A stretch of 64,000 nucleotides of DNA from Candidatus Zhuqueibacterota bacterium (GTDB lineage Bacteria > Zhuqueibacterota > Zhuqueibacteria > Residuimicrobiales > Krinioviventaceae). The stretch lies in the NCBI GenBank assembly GCA_034521575.1, contig JAXHMJ010000002.1, forward strand, positions 30,706 to 94,705, in the 5' to 3' direction. Each line of letters opens with the position of its first letter. Positions within the stretch are counted from its first letter, which is position 1. The notes under the pieces were generated by a model. The model was not told the DNA's origin. It worked only from the letters and a program-made list of their open reading frames with translations, and ran no database searches. The position numbers were made by a program, and so were the translations under genes. Shown one piece after another: positions 41,734 to 52,541 of the stretch.

Positions 41734-44231
41734 ATGTTGAATTATAAAGTATTGCTTGCTGTCATTGTCTTTTTTTACGCAACTCTGTTATCCGCCCCCA
41801 AAGAGGATCATACTGTATCTCTCTGGCTGTTTGATGAACAATGCGATTTATATCCAAGTCAGGTTTTAGAAAACAGTTCGGAACATAATTTGCCGCTTGT
41901 ACTCGGCCCGGGCGGAAGAATTGTTAAAGGTAAATTTGGAAATGCGTTCGAGCCCCTGATGCATCCTAAAGTTGAGCTGCCCGAGGGTGAAAAAAAGTTC
42001 GGGCTTGTAAAGCTTGATCCTCCTCCGGGACGCACCGTTGCGCCTTTGACGTGGTACAATGCCGAGTTTTCGGCGTTGATGACAAGCGGCGAAACGCATC
42101 TGCGCAAAGAGGTCGGGTTCCAAAGCCCGGCGGCGACTGCAATGAATCTGGGCGATTTTGACTGGACCGTAGAATTCTGGTTTTATCCCAATCAGAATTC
42201 TGATATTGGAACGGTCTTTGAAATTGGCGCCGGACCCAGGGGGGAAAATGAAAAATTGACACGTCTCAGTCTGGATCTAAAGAACCGTTCATTTAATTTC
42301 TTTAACCCAAAGATTCAAAGCGCGGTTACTCTGCCTACTGAGCTCACGTTTGAAACATGGCATCATGTTGCATTTGTGCATTTCGCTGATAACGACAAGA
42401 TTCTCCATTTTGTAGATGGAAAATTATTGTCGACAGCGAATAACGTCACTATCGGGAAACTCGAGCCTTCCTTTGCCGAAGATTATATGAGCATTGCCCG
42501 GGACGGTCTGTGGGAACATCCTCTGCAAGGTAAAATTGATGAATTGAGATTTTCGGATGATGTAATTTATACAAATGAGTTTAATCCGCCTGAAAGCTTT
42601 TCCAGTATTTATCAGGAAGGATACGTTGCGGATCAACTTGAAAAAGGCCCGCCTCTGTTGTTTGATGATGAATCCAGGGATGATACGCCGCTACAGCTGG
42701 GCGGCAGAAAACATCTGTTTATTGATGATGCGTTTCTTGAGACCGTCGGCGATGTCGAGTTTACGGTTAATCCCCCTGAAAAAAAGAACTGGTAATGGGT
42801 AATATTAAAGGCCCCTTTAGAAAACATTTAACCGTTATCGAAGATGAGGATGGATTAATCCGCATCTATAATTCCGCCCATGACGATTTTATGATTGTTC
42901 ATACATCCAGAGACGGCGTAAATTTTAAAGCTCCCAATACCGGTACAAGCTATCGCGGCAGGGATAATATTGTGATTCCCGAACGTGTTGGCGGTAAAGG
43001 CACTCCTTTTATCGATCCGAACGGCAAAGGCGATCATAAATGGAAATATATATCCAGTTATCATAACCGCGGTGTTTACCTTTATACCTCTGCGGACGGC
43101 TGGAGCTGGAGCCGCCGGAAAATGGCTTTAATTCCTTTTAGAAGTGGCACGCAATCCTGTACATTTTATGATGACCAGCGGCAGATGTATGTTTCAACCC
43201 ACCGGACCGGTATATTTCATACACCGGGCGGCGCCACTCGAAGAAGTACAGTCATTACTCAAACTGAGAATCTGTACAAGCCTGTCAAATATGAACCTCT
43301 AAGCCAAAATGACTATTGGGAACTGGATAAAAAATACCGACTGCGCGAACCACAGCCCTGGTGGCTTGACAATGGTCCGTTGACCCCCGGTGATTTTGGG
43401 TTGGAATTTCCGCATGCCTTTGATCCAACCGGGGACGATCCCGTTGGAATGGATATTTATGTAACCAAAGCTATAAAGTACGAGTATGCTCCGGATACGT
43501 ATATCTCGTTTCCGATCACTTATTTTCATTATGAAGAAGATGGACCGCTGACACGACAGATATTAATAGATTCGACTCGACTGCGGGGAGCCGGACCAAT
43601 TGAAACCCAGATCGCTGTGAGTCGCAATGGGCTGGACTGGAAACGGTATTATCAACCCGCGTATGTTCCCATTGGAAAACATGGGGGGATTGATGTAAAG
43701 ACCGCCTATATCGCACAGGGTATGGTCAGGCGTGGAAATGAACTGTGGCAGTATTATTTTGCTGAACCGCATTATCATTCCGCCTGGGTAAAATATGATG
43801 ACAAGAGAGCGGTATTTCGACTGGTGCAACGATTAGACGGATTCATATCAATTGACAGTCCGTATGAAAAAGAAGCCGTGATCAAGACAAAGCCGTTTGT
43901 TTTTGAAGGAAACCGGCTGGTCCTTAATATTGACACCGATGCGGTAGGGTATACTCAGGTTGGTTTTGTGGATGAGCATGATAATCCGATTCAAGGCTTT
44001 TCAGTGGATGATTGTGTTTACATCAATGGTGACTTTATTAAAGAAAAAGCTGAATGGATTCAAAATCGCGAGGAATTTACAGATGTGAGTATTGGCGAGG
44101 GTGAATCGACTGAAATATTGGAAAAAGTAAAGACGACAAAAGATGTTTCTCCGCTTGAAGGTAAAGTGGTAAAACTTGTTTTTCGAATGAGAGGGTCAAA
44201 ACTCTATTCTATGCAGTTTTTGAACGAGTAA
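41734..44231 (+). CDS. copy C, about 95% nt identity to copy B. One frameshift at an A7-versus-A8 homopolymer near 42785 splits it into 41734..42795 and 42795..44231.
   Basis: Near-identical nucleotide sequence to copy B, including the 30-bp upstream spacer. 'cctgaaaaaaagaactgg' versus 'cctgaaaaaaaagaactgg' in copy B. Confidence 0.75.
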
Positions 44232-44270
44232 AAGGCCGGTCTATATTTTTAATGTCTAAAGGAGCATCAA

Positions 44271-45401
44271 GTGAACGTATTTTATTTATCAGTTATAGTT
44301 TTTCTTTTTTCGACCAGTCTTGCGGCACAATCATTAAAGATTGAGCATAAAATAGCCGCTGTTCAAAAAAACTATTTTCATGGTTGGCCTGCTAATAATG
44401 GTGTCTGGGTTTGGGGGGATGAAATATTGGTCGGGTTTACACAGGTAGAATATGCAAAAGCTGATGGACATAATATAAAAGAAAATGCTCCTTTTAAAAG
44501 TCTGTTGACCCGAAGTAAAGATGGTGGAAAAACATGGACGATGTTTGATCCCGAAAATTATGTTGGTGATGGCGGCACAAAATCAAAATTACAAGACCCC
44601 GTTAATTTCAAACATGAAAATTTTGCAATGCGGATATTGGGTTCAACTTATCACGGTAATAACGATCCAGACGGAGCTTTCTATTATTCTTATGATAAAG
44701 GAAATACATGGAACGGTCCTTTTTACCTTGGTGATATTCATAAGCATAAAAGATTTGAGGCCCGCATCCTTACTCCAAGAACGGATTACATTGCATTAAG
44801 TGAAAAAGAATGTTTAATCTTTATTACGTCCCGAATTGATGGTACCGGATTATCCGATGATATTTCGGTTATCAAAACAAATGACGGCGGTTTGACTTTT
44901 AAATTAATCTCACCCTGGGTCGTCCCTTGTGAAGATCCATATCGAAATGCAATGCCCAATACAGTTCAACTGGATAAAGATGAAATGGTTATGGTTGCAA
45001 GGCGAAGAAATATATCTGATAGAAACCAATGCTGGATTGATGCCTACAAATCGGATGATGGCGGATATTCGTGGAGATTTACAAGCAAGGTTGGCGATAC
45101 AGGAGAACACAACGGTAATCCTCCCGCTCTGGTTAAACTTGATGACGGCAGATTATGTGCAATATACGGAAACCGAACAACACTTCAGATACTTGGAAGA
45201 TACAGCAATGATCATGGAGAAACCTGGGAACCCGAATTTGTTATTCGGGATGATTTTATCAGAACAGAAACCGGAAGAATGAGAGACCTCGGTTATCCAA
45301 GAATTGTTCAAACCAAAGAAGGCAATGTGGTTGCAATATATTATTGGGCGACAGAGGAGAATCCGCAGCAGCATATCGCTGCATCAATCTGGAAGCCATA
45401 A
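44271..45401 (+). CDS. BNR/Asp-box sialidase-like six-bladed propeller protein (376 aa, secreted)
   Basis: Five Asp-boxes: SKDGGKTWT, SYDKGNTWN, KTNDGGLTF, KSDDGGYSW, SNDHGETWE. GTG start after an AAAGGAG RBS. Confidence 0.8.
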   Translation: MNVFYLSVIVFLFSTSLAAQSLKIEHKIAAVQKNYFHGWPANNGVWVWGDEILVGFTQVEYAKADGHNIKENAPFKSLLTRSKDGGKTWTMFDPENYVGDGGTKSKLQDPVNFKHENFAMRILGSTYHGNNDPDGAFYYSYDKGNTWNGPFYLGDIHKHKRFEARILTPRTDYIALSEKECLIFITSRIDGTGLSDDISVIKTNDGGLTFKLISPWVVPCEDPYRNAMPNTVQLDKDEMVMVARRRNISDRNQCWIDAYKSDDGGYSWRFTSKVGDTGEHNGNPPALVKLDDGRLCAIYGNRTTLQILGRYSNDHGETWEPEFVIRDDFIRTETGRMRDLGYPRIVQTKEGNVVAIYYWATEENPQQHIAASIWKP

Positions 45402-45491
45402 GTAGCATGTTTATGAATGTTGTGAATTTTTTGGAGTGCTGCTGAAAATAAGAAACAGCACTTATGAGTATAAAATTCGGGAATCAAGTTC

Positions 45492-47435
45492 ATGAAAAAT
45501 CTATCAAAAAGTATAATAGTTATAGTAATTTTGTTTTTGAATGTCGGGATCCATGCTGAAAAAAAATATCCGCTATCAATAAAAGAAAGCAAAAACGAGC
45601 CGGTTAAATATATTGGAAACCGTCAAACGAACAAATATTTCTATGATGGAAAATTACCGCATGCCGCCGGGGTACATACTTTTCAGGTTTTTAGAGCCAA
45701 CCGTTCAAATCCGACAGAGGGCGGCTTGATCGGTTGGACATACAGCCATGCTCCGATGTTGGCATTTTGGAACGGTAAATTTTATCTGCAGTATTTAAGT
45801 AACTTGAAAGAAGAACACGGCGCTCCCGGCAGAACTTTGATTGCTGCTTCGGAAAACGGAACTGACTGGACTAATCCTCAAGTTGTTTTTCCTGTTTATT
45901 CGCTCCCCGAGATTGATGCCGGATTTGGATACATACCGAAAGGTATGGCTTCTGTGATGCATCAGCGTATGGGATTTTATGTGGCGCCAAACGGCAAACT
46001 TTTAACAATAGGGTTTTACAGTTATTGTGCCACACCCAGACATAGCCCGAACCTGGGGCAAGGACTGGGAAGAGTTGTCAGAGAAATCTATAAAGATGGC
46101 TCTTTCGGTCCGATTTACTTTATTCGATATAACCGGCATGCCGGATGGAATGAAACCAATACGGATTACCCGTTCTACAAAGAAAGTGATGACCCGGCAT
46201 TTCTCAAGGCATGTGAGGATTTACTTGCCGATAAACTGGCGACTCTGCAATGGTGGGAAATGGATAGAGCTAAAGATGGCTTTTACAATATTGATAGGGG
46301 CAAACATGAAATTAAGGCGCTTTGTTATTATAAACGACCTGATGATGTCGTTGTTGGTTTATGGAAACATAATCTTGCGGCTCTGAGTTCCGATACCGGT
46401 GAGACCTGGACAAGTATCAGCACTTGTCCCACTCTAAAAACCTGCGGGGCAAAAGTGTGGGGCCAGAGAACGAAAGATAACAGATACGCTCTGGTTTATA
46501 ACCATTCGGCTTCGTTAAGAAATCGATTTCCACTTGTTATTATTACCGGTAACGATGGGCATCATTTTGATGATATGCTTTGTATTAATGGGCAGGTACC
46601 GCCGATGAGATATCAGGGTATTCATAAAGGTTTAGGGCCACAATATATTCGCGGGATTGTGCCTGGTAATGGTAATCCGGCGGGGAATGATATCTGGATC
46701 ACCTACAGTGTTAACAAGGAAGATATTTGGATATCAAAAATCAAGGTTCCCGTCACCGGAATTGCTGATGAGCATATTAACGAATCATTCGATGATATCA
46801 ATGAGATAGCCGATTTAGCAGAGTGGAGTTTCTATGTTCCTAAATGGGCCCCGGCGGAAATTGCATCAAAGAAGCAGCAATCTGCCGATAACGTTCTAAG
46901 ATTAACGGACGAAGAACCTTACGATTATCTGCGAGTTGAAAAGCTCATTCCCGAGAGCAAAAAGCTTTCAGTTAAATTCAGCATCAAACAAGTCCTGCTC
47001 GGTTCCGCCAAGTTGGAATTTGAAATTCATGACATAAAAGGCAAAAGACCACTGCGTCTTCTCTTTTCAGAAGAGTGGCTTATGTTCGATAGAGGTCCTC
47101 TGGAAATTGATCCTGTTAAATATTCAGTCGGAGACTGGCGGCATATCGAGTTAAAACTGAATTGTGAAACTCAATCTTATGATGTCTATTTAGATAAAGC
47201 GTTGGTCAAAGAAAAAATCCCTTTTGCTGTTAAAACAGAATCTTTGCAGCGAATTGTTTTTAGAACCGGACCCTGGCGCGGTGACGTCAGACCTTTCATC
47301 GTTAATGGAGAACCTGGTAATCCGGGTTTGTACCAGGAAGATTTGCCGGGCGCTGATTTTAAAACAGGCGCAAGCATTTTTGAAATTGATAATATTCAGA
47401 CCACAATGGATGAGGCTATTAAAAGCGGAGAATGA
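45492..47435 (+). CDS. secreted BNR/Asp-box propeller protein, paralog of 33708..35666
   Basis: Asp-boxes ASENGTDWTNP and SSDTGETWTSI. Shared blocks YFYDGKLPHA, MHQRMGFYVAPNG, GLGRVVREI. Confidence 0.65.
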   Translation: MKNLSKSIIVIVILFLNVGIHAEKKYPLSIKESKNEPVKYIGNRQTNKYFYDGKLPHAAGVHTFQVFRANRSNPTEGGLIGWTYSHAPMLAFWNGKFYLQYLSNLKEEHGAPGRTLIAASENGTDWTNPQVVFPVYSLPEIDAGFGYIPKGMASVMHQRMGFYVAPNGKLLTIGFYSYCATPRHSPNLGQGLGRVVREIYKDGSFGPIYFIRYNRHAGWNETNTDYPFYKESDDPAFLKACEDLLADKLATLQWWEMDRAKDGFYNIDRGKHEIKALCYYKRPDDVVVGLWKHNLAALSSDTGETWTSISTCPTLKTCGAKVWGQRTKDNRYALVYNHSASLRNRFPLVIITGNDGHHFDDMLCINGQVPPMRYQGIHKGLGPQYIRGIVPGNGNPAGNDIWITYSVNKEDIWISKIKVPVTGIADEHINESFDDINEIADLAEWSFYVPKWAPAEIASKKQQSADNVLRLTDEEPYDYLRVEKLIPESKKLSVKFSIKQVLLGSAKLEFEIHDIKGKRPLRLLFSEEWLMFDRGPLEIDPVKYSVGDWRHIELKLNCETQSYDVYLDKALVKEKIPFAVKTESLQRIVFRTGPWRGDVRPFIVNGEPGNPGLYQEDLPGADFKTGASIFEIDNIQTTMDEAIKSGE

Positions 47436-47436
47436 A

Positions 47437-48213
47437 ATGATAAATCGATTTTATAAACAAGGACAAAAACTTGATGTAGCGGGACTTAATGAAATAACGG
47501 TTTTGATTGATAGAAGTGAAACTGAATTAACTGAAATCGGTTGGAATTGCTGGACACCAAACCAGGATGGCCCCCCTCATAAACATAATGATAAAAGCCA
47601 GATATTTTATGTAACGAATGGAGTCGGTAAAATTCATTTGGGCAAAGATGTGTTTGATGCCAAACCGGGTTCACTCGCTTATGTACCTGCCGGATTGGTA
47701 CATCAGACCATTACAACAACAGAGGAACGCTTGTGTTATATTCTTTTCAACGTATTCCTGAATCCGGATAAAGAAGGACACTCTACTTTTGCAGACCATA
47801 TTGAAAAAGTTAAACAAATCAGAAAGCAGCAAGCTGTCTCAGGAAAAGTTGATACTGATAATGAAAAAACAAATTTTGAACCAGGACCGGGAAAATTTTA
47901 CAAAGATCTTTTTTCATTTATAAAAAAAGATACTGCACATTTAAAAACAACTTTAATGGATGCAAAAGCAAACCGTATTCAAATGAAATTGCTATCATAT
48001 CCTTGCGGTCAATCAATTCGTAATATTAAAGACAACTCTGTTGAGCAGACATTTTTTGTTTTGCGAGGAGAAGCTCTAGTAACCGTTGAAAATGATACTA
48101 TAGAGAACGTAAATGCAGGAAATATTTTCTTTACACCGAGGGATACAGCATACGATATTAAAGCCGGCAATGAAGACATGTTGTGCTTGTGTCTGAGTGC
48201 TTTTACTGACTGA
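47437..48213 (+). CDS. bicupin (two cupin beta-barrel domains) protein
   Basis: Two cupin-like segments (PPHKHNDKSQIFYVTNGVGKIHLG and EQTFFVLRGEALVTVEND). ATG one nt after the upstream stop, with a GGAG RBS. Confidence 0.55.
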   Translation: MINRFYKQGQKLDVAGLNEITVLIDRSETELTEIGWNCWTPNQDGPPHKHNDKSQIFYVTNGVGKIHLGKDVFDAKPGSLAYVPAGLVHQTITTTEERLCYILFNVFLNPDKEGHSTFADHIEKVKQIRKQQAVSGKVDTDNEKTNFEPGPGKFYKDLFSFIKKDTAHLKTTLMDAKANRIQMKLLSYPCGQSIRNIKDNSVEQTFFVLRGEALVTVENDTIENVNAGNIFFTPRDTAYDIKAGNEDMLCLCLSAFTD

Positions 48214-48501
48214 AATTAAATTTGAACGAGAGTAATAATGAATAATCAATTTGTGACCGAAATACTTGATGGAAAAGGATTCCACGTGAATAAAAGTCGA
48301 TTCAAATATGTGATATAGTCAGCAATTAATGACAGAATTTTAGAGTTGGGTGTGAACATTATAATATATATGGGAGAAAAACAGATACTAAAAGCGGGTC
48401 ATTTGCTAATCAATATAGTTCTTGTATCTTTAACAAGCGAGCCGCAGGATGTTAAACTTTAGTTGCCACCTGGAAACCAACACAAATTCGGAGAAGTTTT
48501 T

Positions 48502-50072
48502 ATGAAATCAAAACTTGCACTCTTTATTTTATTAGCTGCAGTTTATTCTTTTGCTCAGGTAAAAGGACCTGCAACCCGACTTGTTGAACGTGATGGATAT
48601 TCACAAATATTCTTTATTGCCAAAGACGGCTCTGATGAGATGAATAGAGGAACAAAGGATAATCCTTTTAAAACCATTCAATGTGCAGTATCAAACGTCA
48701 AAAATGCAACTGGATCAAATAGAATTGCACTATTTGTTTCTAAAGGGATATATGATGGAGAGACAATTGCTCTGAAACCGTTTGTCGATTTATATGGAGG
48801 CTTTAATCGTGAATCCTGGGAAAGAGATGTTGGATTATACCCCACTGAAATCAACATTAAAAACGAGCAAAGAGCAATCATAGCAGATGATAACTGCATT
48901 ATAGATGGGTTCGTCATAAGCAACTCGGAATATCGTGGAAAAGGAGCCGCTATATATTGTGATGGCGCTTCACCCACAATTTCGAATAACAAATTTATTC
49001 ATAATAAATCCCTAAAGCCCCTTGACTGGAATCCGGAATACTGGCATGAAACGGCAAATGACGGCGGGGCAATCTACGGTAAGGATGGCGCCGCACCTTT
49101 GATCAAGAATAATTTGTTTGCTCATAACAAAACTGAAAACGGAAGAGGCGCTGCCATTGCTTTCGATAACCAATGTGATCCTCAGATTCTCAATAATGTT
49201 TTCTTAAAAAATGAGAGCGGATTGGATGATCCCATGAGGAGCAGTGACGGCGGCGCTGTTTCGATTTTTCGTTGGAGTAAAGGGTTGATTGACGGAAATA
49301 TTTTCCTTGGCAACTATGCTGGTTCCGAAAATGATGCCGGTGCTGTTTTTATTGCTTTATGGAGTTCGACCCTTGTTAGAAATAATATATTTGTTGATAA
49401 TGAATGCACCGATGATGCCGGTGCTTTGTTCGTCGGTGGACAAGAGCACAGGTATGATGCACCGCTTGACCCATACCCGCGCCGGGAAAACTTTTACGTT
49501 ACAATCGAGAATAATGTTTTCATCGCCAATCGAAATCCGTCCATGAACTCAGGCGCCATGCGCTTTACCATGGAAAGCAGAGGCGAGTTTGTCAATAATA
49601 TTGTTGCACAGAACAGCGGGATTTATTTTCAAAGAAGCGAAACCGAGATCAGAAACAATGTTATATTGGACAACATGCTTGTCATTGAAACCAAGGATTA
49701 CCTGGACAAAACAGTAATTAGAAACAATATCATCTGGGCTGATTTTGTTTTGCAGGAAACCGTTGCAGAGATTCACGATAATTATATGCTGCAGGCGGAA
49801 AAATTCAAAGGGAATAAAAATGAATTCCCGGATTTTTTGACAACGGAATTAATTTATCTGTTTTGTCGGCCCGAAAGGCTGAGCATTATTCCGAACTGGT
49901 TATTCAAGATGAGAAGGAACTTTTACCCGAAAAAATATCAGATCGGATCGTCAATGCTGGAGGCCGTTGGGGGGTGGTAAAGGATTATGACAACCATATT
50001 CTGCGAGTGTGGGGAGATTTTCCCCGTGTTACATCATTAAATATACTGCCAACATTTACTTTGAATCATTAA
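48502..50072 (+). CDS. secreted right-handed parallel beta-helix (pectate-lyase-fold, PbH1-repeat) protein. A T6 homopolymer at 49833-49838 probably hides a frameshift that joins 48502..49980 to 49863..50072.
   Basis: Signal MKSKLALFILLAAVYSFAQ. Repeated NNxFxxN / GGAIY units (ISNNKFIHN, IKNNLFAHN, ILNNVFLKN, VRNNIFVDN). Confidence 0.65.
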
Positions 50073-50084
50073 CGGAGGAATGCT

Positions 50085-51059
50085 ATGTATTTGAAAAACT
50101 TGAAAAGTATCGTTTTTATTATTCTGATAACCTGCTCGTCATTAGCAATCGCTCAGCAGAGCTTTGTGGATTCAAACTATACACCGCAAAGGATAAACAA
50201 ATGCATTGAACTGTTCAATGCGGGACAGCCGGTCTATTATAAAGGCGCTCAAACCACCGGCGGTTATGAGGAAGGCGTGAAAATGGCGCAGACCTGGGCG
50301 GATTATATTGTTTATAATATGGAACATCGTCCGCTTGATTTCTCACGTTTGCGGGATTTCATGCGCGGACTGGTAGACGGAGGCCCCACGCCAAGCGGAC
50401 ATAGAACACCCACTGTGGTCGTTGTCGTACCGGTGCTTGGTACTGATACGGTTTCGTTTATGGGAAGCTCCTGGATTGTTCAGCAAGCATTGGCAACAGG
50501 TGTCCACGGTGTTCATTTACCGCGCGCCCGGGATCCAAAGGCAGTTTTAAAATACGTTCAAACTGCACGTTATCCTGTTCACAAGCAAAAAATCGATGTG
50601 ATCGGAGAAGGATTGCGCGGCTGGGGAAGCCATGGATTTGCCGCATGGGTTTGGGGGCTTGATGAGGAAGAATACTTGAAAAAAGCCGACGTTTGGCCGC
50701 TAAATCCGAACGGTGAAATAATGCTGGGTGTAAAGATTGAAGACCCGCACGCCCTGAGTCATGCAAAAGAAACATTACAAATACCCGGACTGGCATTTGC
50801 AGAACACGGCCCTCGGGATTTCGGGTTTTCACTCGGCTATCTTGAAGGCAGAGCGGATCCTCCTGTACCGGAAGGTGTTGCCGAAGCCGGCGATCGTGTG
50901 CTTGCCCTGTGCAAAAAAAATGGACTTTATTTCCTGGACAATGTTTTACCGGATAATGTCAAAAAACGTGTTGATAAAGGTGTAATGATTGGAGCCGGAA
51001 GTAATAAACAAGCGGCGCAAGTCGGCAGAGTGTATACCAAAAGAGAGATGCCCTGGTAA
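50085..51059 (+). CDS. HpcH/HpaI-family class II 2-keto-3-deoxy-acid aldolase with an N-terminal signal peptide
   Basis: IMLGVKIEDPHAL...EHGPRDFGFSLGY (GPxDLSxSLG-like motif). N-terminal hydrophobic leader IVFIILITCSSLAIAQQ. Confidence 0.65.
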   Translation: MYLKNLKSIVFIILITCSSLAIAQQSFVDSNYTPQRINKCIELFNAGQPVYYKGAQTTGGYEEGVKMAQTWADYIVYNMEHRPLDFSRLRDFMRGLVDGGPTPSGHRTPTVVVVVPVLGTDTVSFMGSSWIVQQALATGVHGVHLPRARDPKAVLKYVQTARYPVHKQKIDVIGEGLRGWGSHGFAAWVWGLDEEEYLKKADVWPLNPNGEIMLGVKIEDPHALSHAKETLQIPGLAFAEHGPRDFGFSLGYLEGRADPPVPEGVAEAGDRVLALCKKNGLYFLDNVLPDNVKKRVDKGVMIGAGSNKQAAQVGRVYTKREMPW

Positions 51060-51084
51060 TATTTTAAGACTGGAATTATCCGAA

Positions 51085-51921
51085 ATGGCAAAAAACACAC
51101 AACAATCAATTTTCTGCAGATACAAAAAAGATGGCAATACGTATTACGGCAAGTATGAGGATAATACCATTCATCAGCTTGAGAAGGCGCCCTGGTTTGG
51201 AATTGAATTCACTGGCATTACTTGTGAATTGTCCCAGGTCAAACTCTTGTATCCCAGCGAGCCTGCGAAAATAATCGGTTTGGTAAAAGCCTATAAACAA
51301 GCATGGCAAGACAAGACACCGCCAAAGTTTGTAAGATGGTTTTTAAAACCGGCCTCTTCTGCCGCATCAGACGGAGACGAGATTGTTTTGCCGGCTGCGT
51401 TAGATAAAGTCAAAGTAGAATGTGAATTGACCATCATTATCGGCAAGCCGATTGCAGATTCAGATGAGCAGGAAGCGGAAGCAGCCATTTTTGGCTTTAC
51501 TGTTGGAAACGATATTATGGGATCTGCCGATTCTTTTGTAGAGGCAACCGGAGATACCCCTGATTATCAGGATCCTTCTCTTGCTGCAGCTTTAAAAATA
51601 GGTGATGGATTTGCGCCTTTTGGACCTTTTGTGTGGACAAACGTTGATTGGCTGGACAAGAGCTTGACTGTTTCTATCCAAAATCCTGAAACGAATATGA
51701 ATGCTGTTTATCATGGCAGTACCAATGATCTACTCTATTCACCGGCAAAAATTGTTTCTGACTTGACAAAAATCGTAAAATTATATCCCGGTGATGTCAT
51801 AATGACCGGGACTTTTAAGTCATTTGTTGCATCTCATAAGGATATAGTTTCTGTTGAGATTGAAGGACTTGGTAGACTAACAAATTATATATCCAATGAG
51901 CGGGAAAAAACTTGTGAATGA
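51085..51921 (+). CDS. fumarylacetoacetate-hydrolase (FAH) family hydrolase/isomerase
   Basis: FAH-fold blocks KPASSAASDGDEIVLP, ECELTIIIGKP, FGFTVGNDI. Confidence 0.65.
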   Translation: MAKNTQQSIFCRYKKDGNTYYGKYEDNTIHQLEKAPWFGIEFTGITCELSQVKLLYPSEPAKIIGLVKAYKQAWQDKTPPKFVRWFLKPASSAASDGDEIVLPAALDKVKVECELTIIIGKPIADSDEQEAEAAIFGFTVGNDIMGSADSFVEATGDTPDYQDPSLAAALKIGDGFAPFGPFVWTNVDWLDKSLTVSIQNPETNMNAVYHGSTNDLLYSPAKIVSDLTKIVKLYPGDVIMTGTFKSFVASHKDIVSVEIEGLGRLTNYISNEREKTCE

Positions 51922-52537
51922 AAGCCTTAAAGATATTATTGGGGTCATAAACACCCCGTTTACTTTAGAGAATAGAGTTGATACCGACTCACTTGAAAGA
52001 TATGTTGCGCATTCATTAAAGTGCAAGGTTTCGGGATTTCTCGCTTTAGGCTTAGCCGCAGAAGTAAACAAACTCGGTCATGAAGAAAAACGTTTAATAG
52101 CGGAGACCGTCGTTAACAAGACTGATGGAAAAGTGCCGGTAATTTGCTGCACGACGGCAAGATCACAGGATGAAAGATTAAATCTTTCGGGTGGATGGGC
52201 AGGAACGCAGATGATTGAAGCTCTTGATCGAGGTGTAGATGCCTTTATGCCCACCATTCTGCATGATGTTTATGGAATGATATATCATTTACATAACATT
52301 GGAAAACGAGAAAAAGCAAAGATTCTATTTCATAAACTCCTGCCCATTATTTCCTTCTCGCATCAGCATCTTGATATTTCTATTCATTTTAACAAGAGAT
52401 TGGTGCATCGCCAGGGAATATTCAACACAGCAAAGGTAAGAGAACCCATTTTGTCATTTCACACGTACCATGAAAACATAGCCGACGAACTGATCACTGA
52501 TGCTATAAGCTCAAGTGACAATATAAACAAAGGATAA
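51896..52537 (+). CDS. short DHDPS-like TIM-barrel protein (213 aa, possibly truncated)
   Basis: GVINTPFTLENRVDTDSLERYVAHSL resembles the DapA/NanA-family N-terminus. Confidence 0.4.
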   Translation: MSGKKLVNESLKDIIGVINTPFTLENRVDTDSLERYVAHSLKCKVSGFLALGLAAEVNKLGHEEKRLIAETVVNKTDGKVPVICCTTARSQDERLNLSGGWAGTQMIEALDRGVDAFMPTILHDVYGMIYHLHNIGKREKAKILFHKLLPIISFSHQHLDISIHFNKRLVHRQGIFNTAKVREPILSFHTYHENIADELITDAISSSDNINKG

Positions 52538-52541
52538 TGGA

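Larger units (their letters stand above)
39175..44231. repeat. direct tandem duplication of a ~2.53-kb unit (spacer plus 2.5-kb gene). Unit 1 is 39175..41703 and unit 2 is 41704..44231.
   Basis: The identical spacer 'tctgaaataatctaaaaaggtgttctgaatatgttgaat' precedes both copies. The coding sequences differ by scattered substitutions. Confidence 0.85.

Noticed and set aside
39175-44231. Mobile element / IS-mediated duplication at the tandem repeat
   Set aside because: No transposase, inverted terminal repeats or target-site duplications were found. The unit is simply gene plus spacer, consistent with unequal crossing-over.
47224-47436. Long N-terminal extension of the bicupin ORF (47224..) overlapping the end of the 45492 gene
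   Set aside because: The extension overlaps the upstream gene in another frame. An ATG with a GGAG RBS at 47437 gives a normal-length bicupin.
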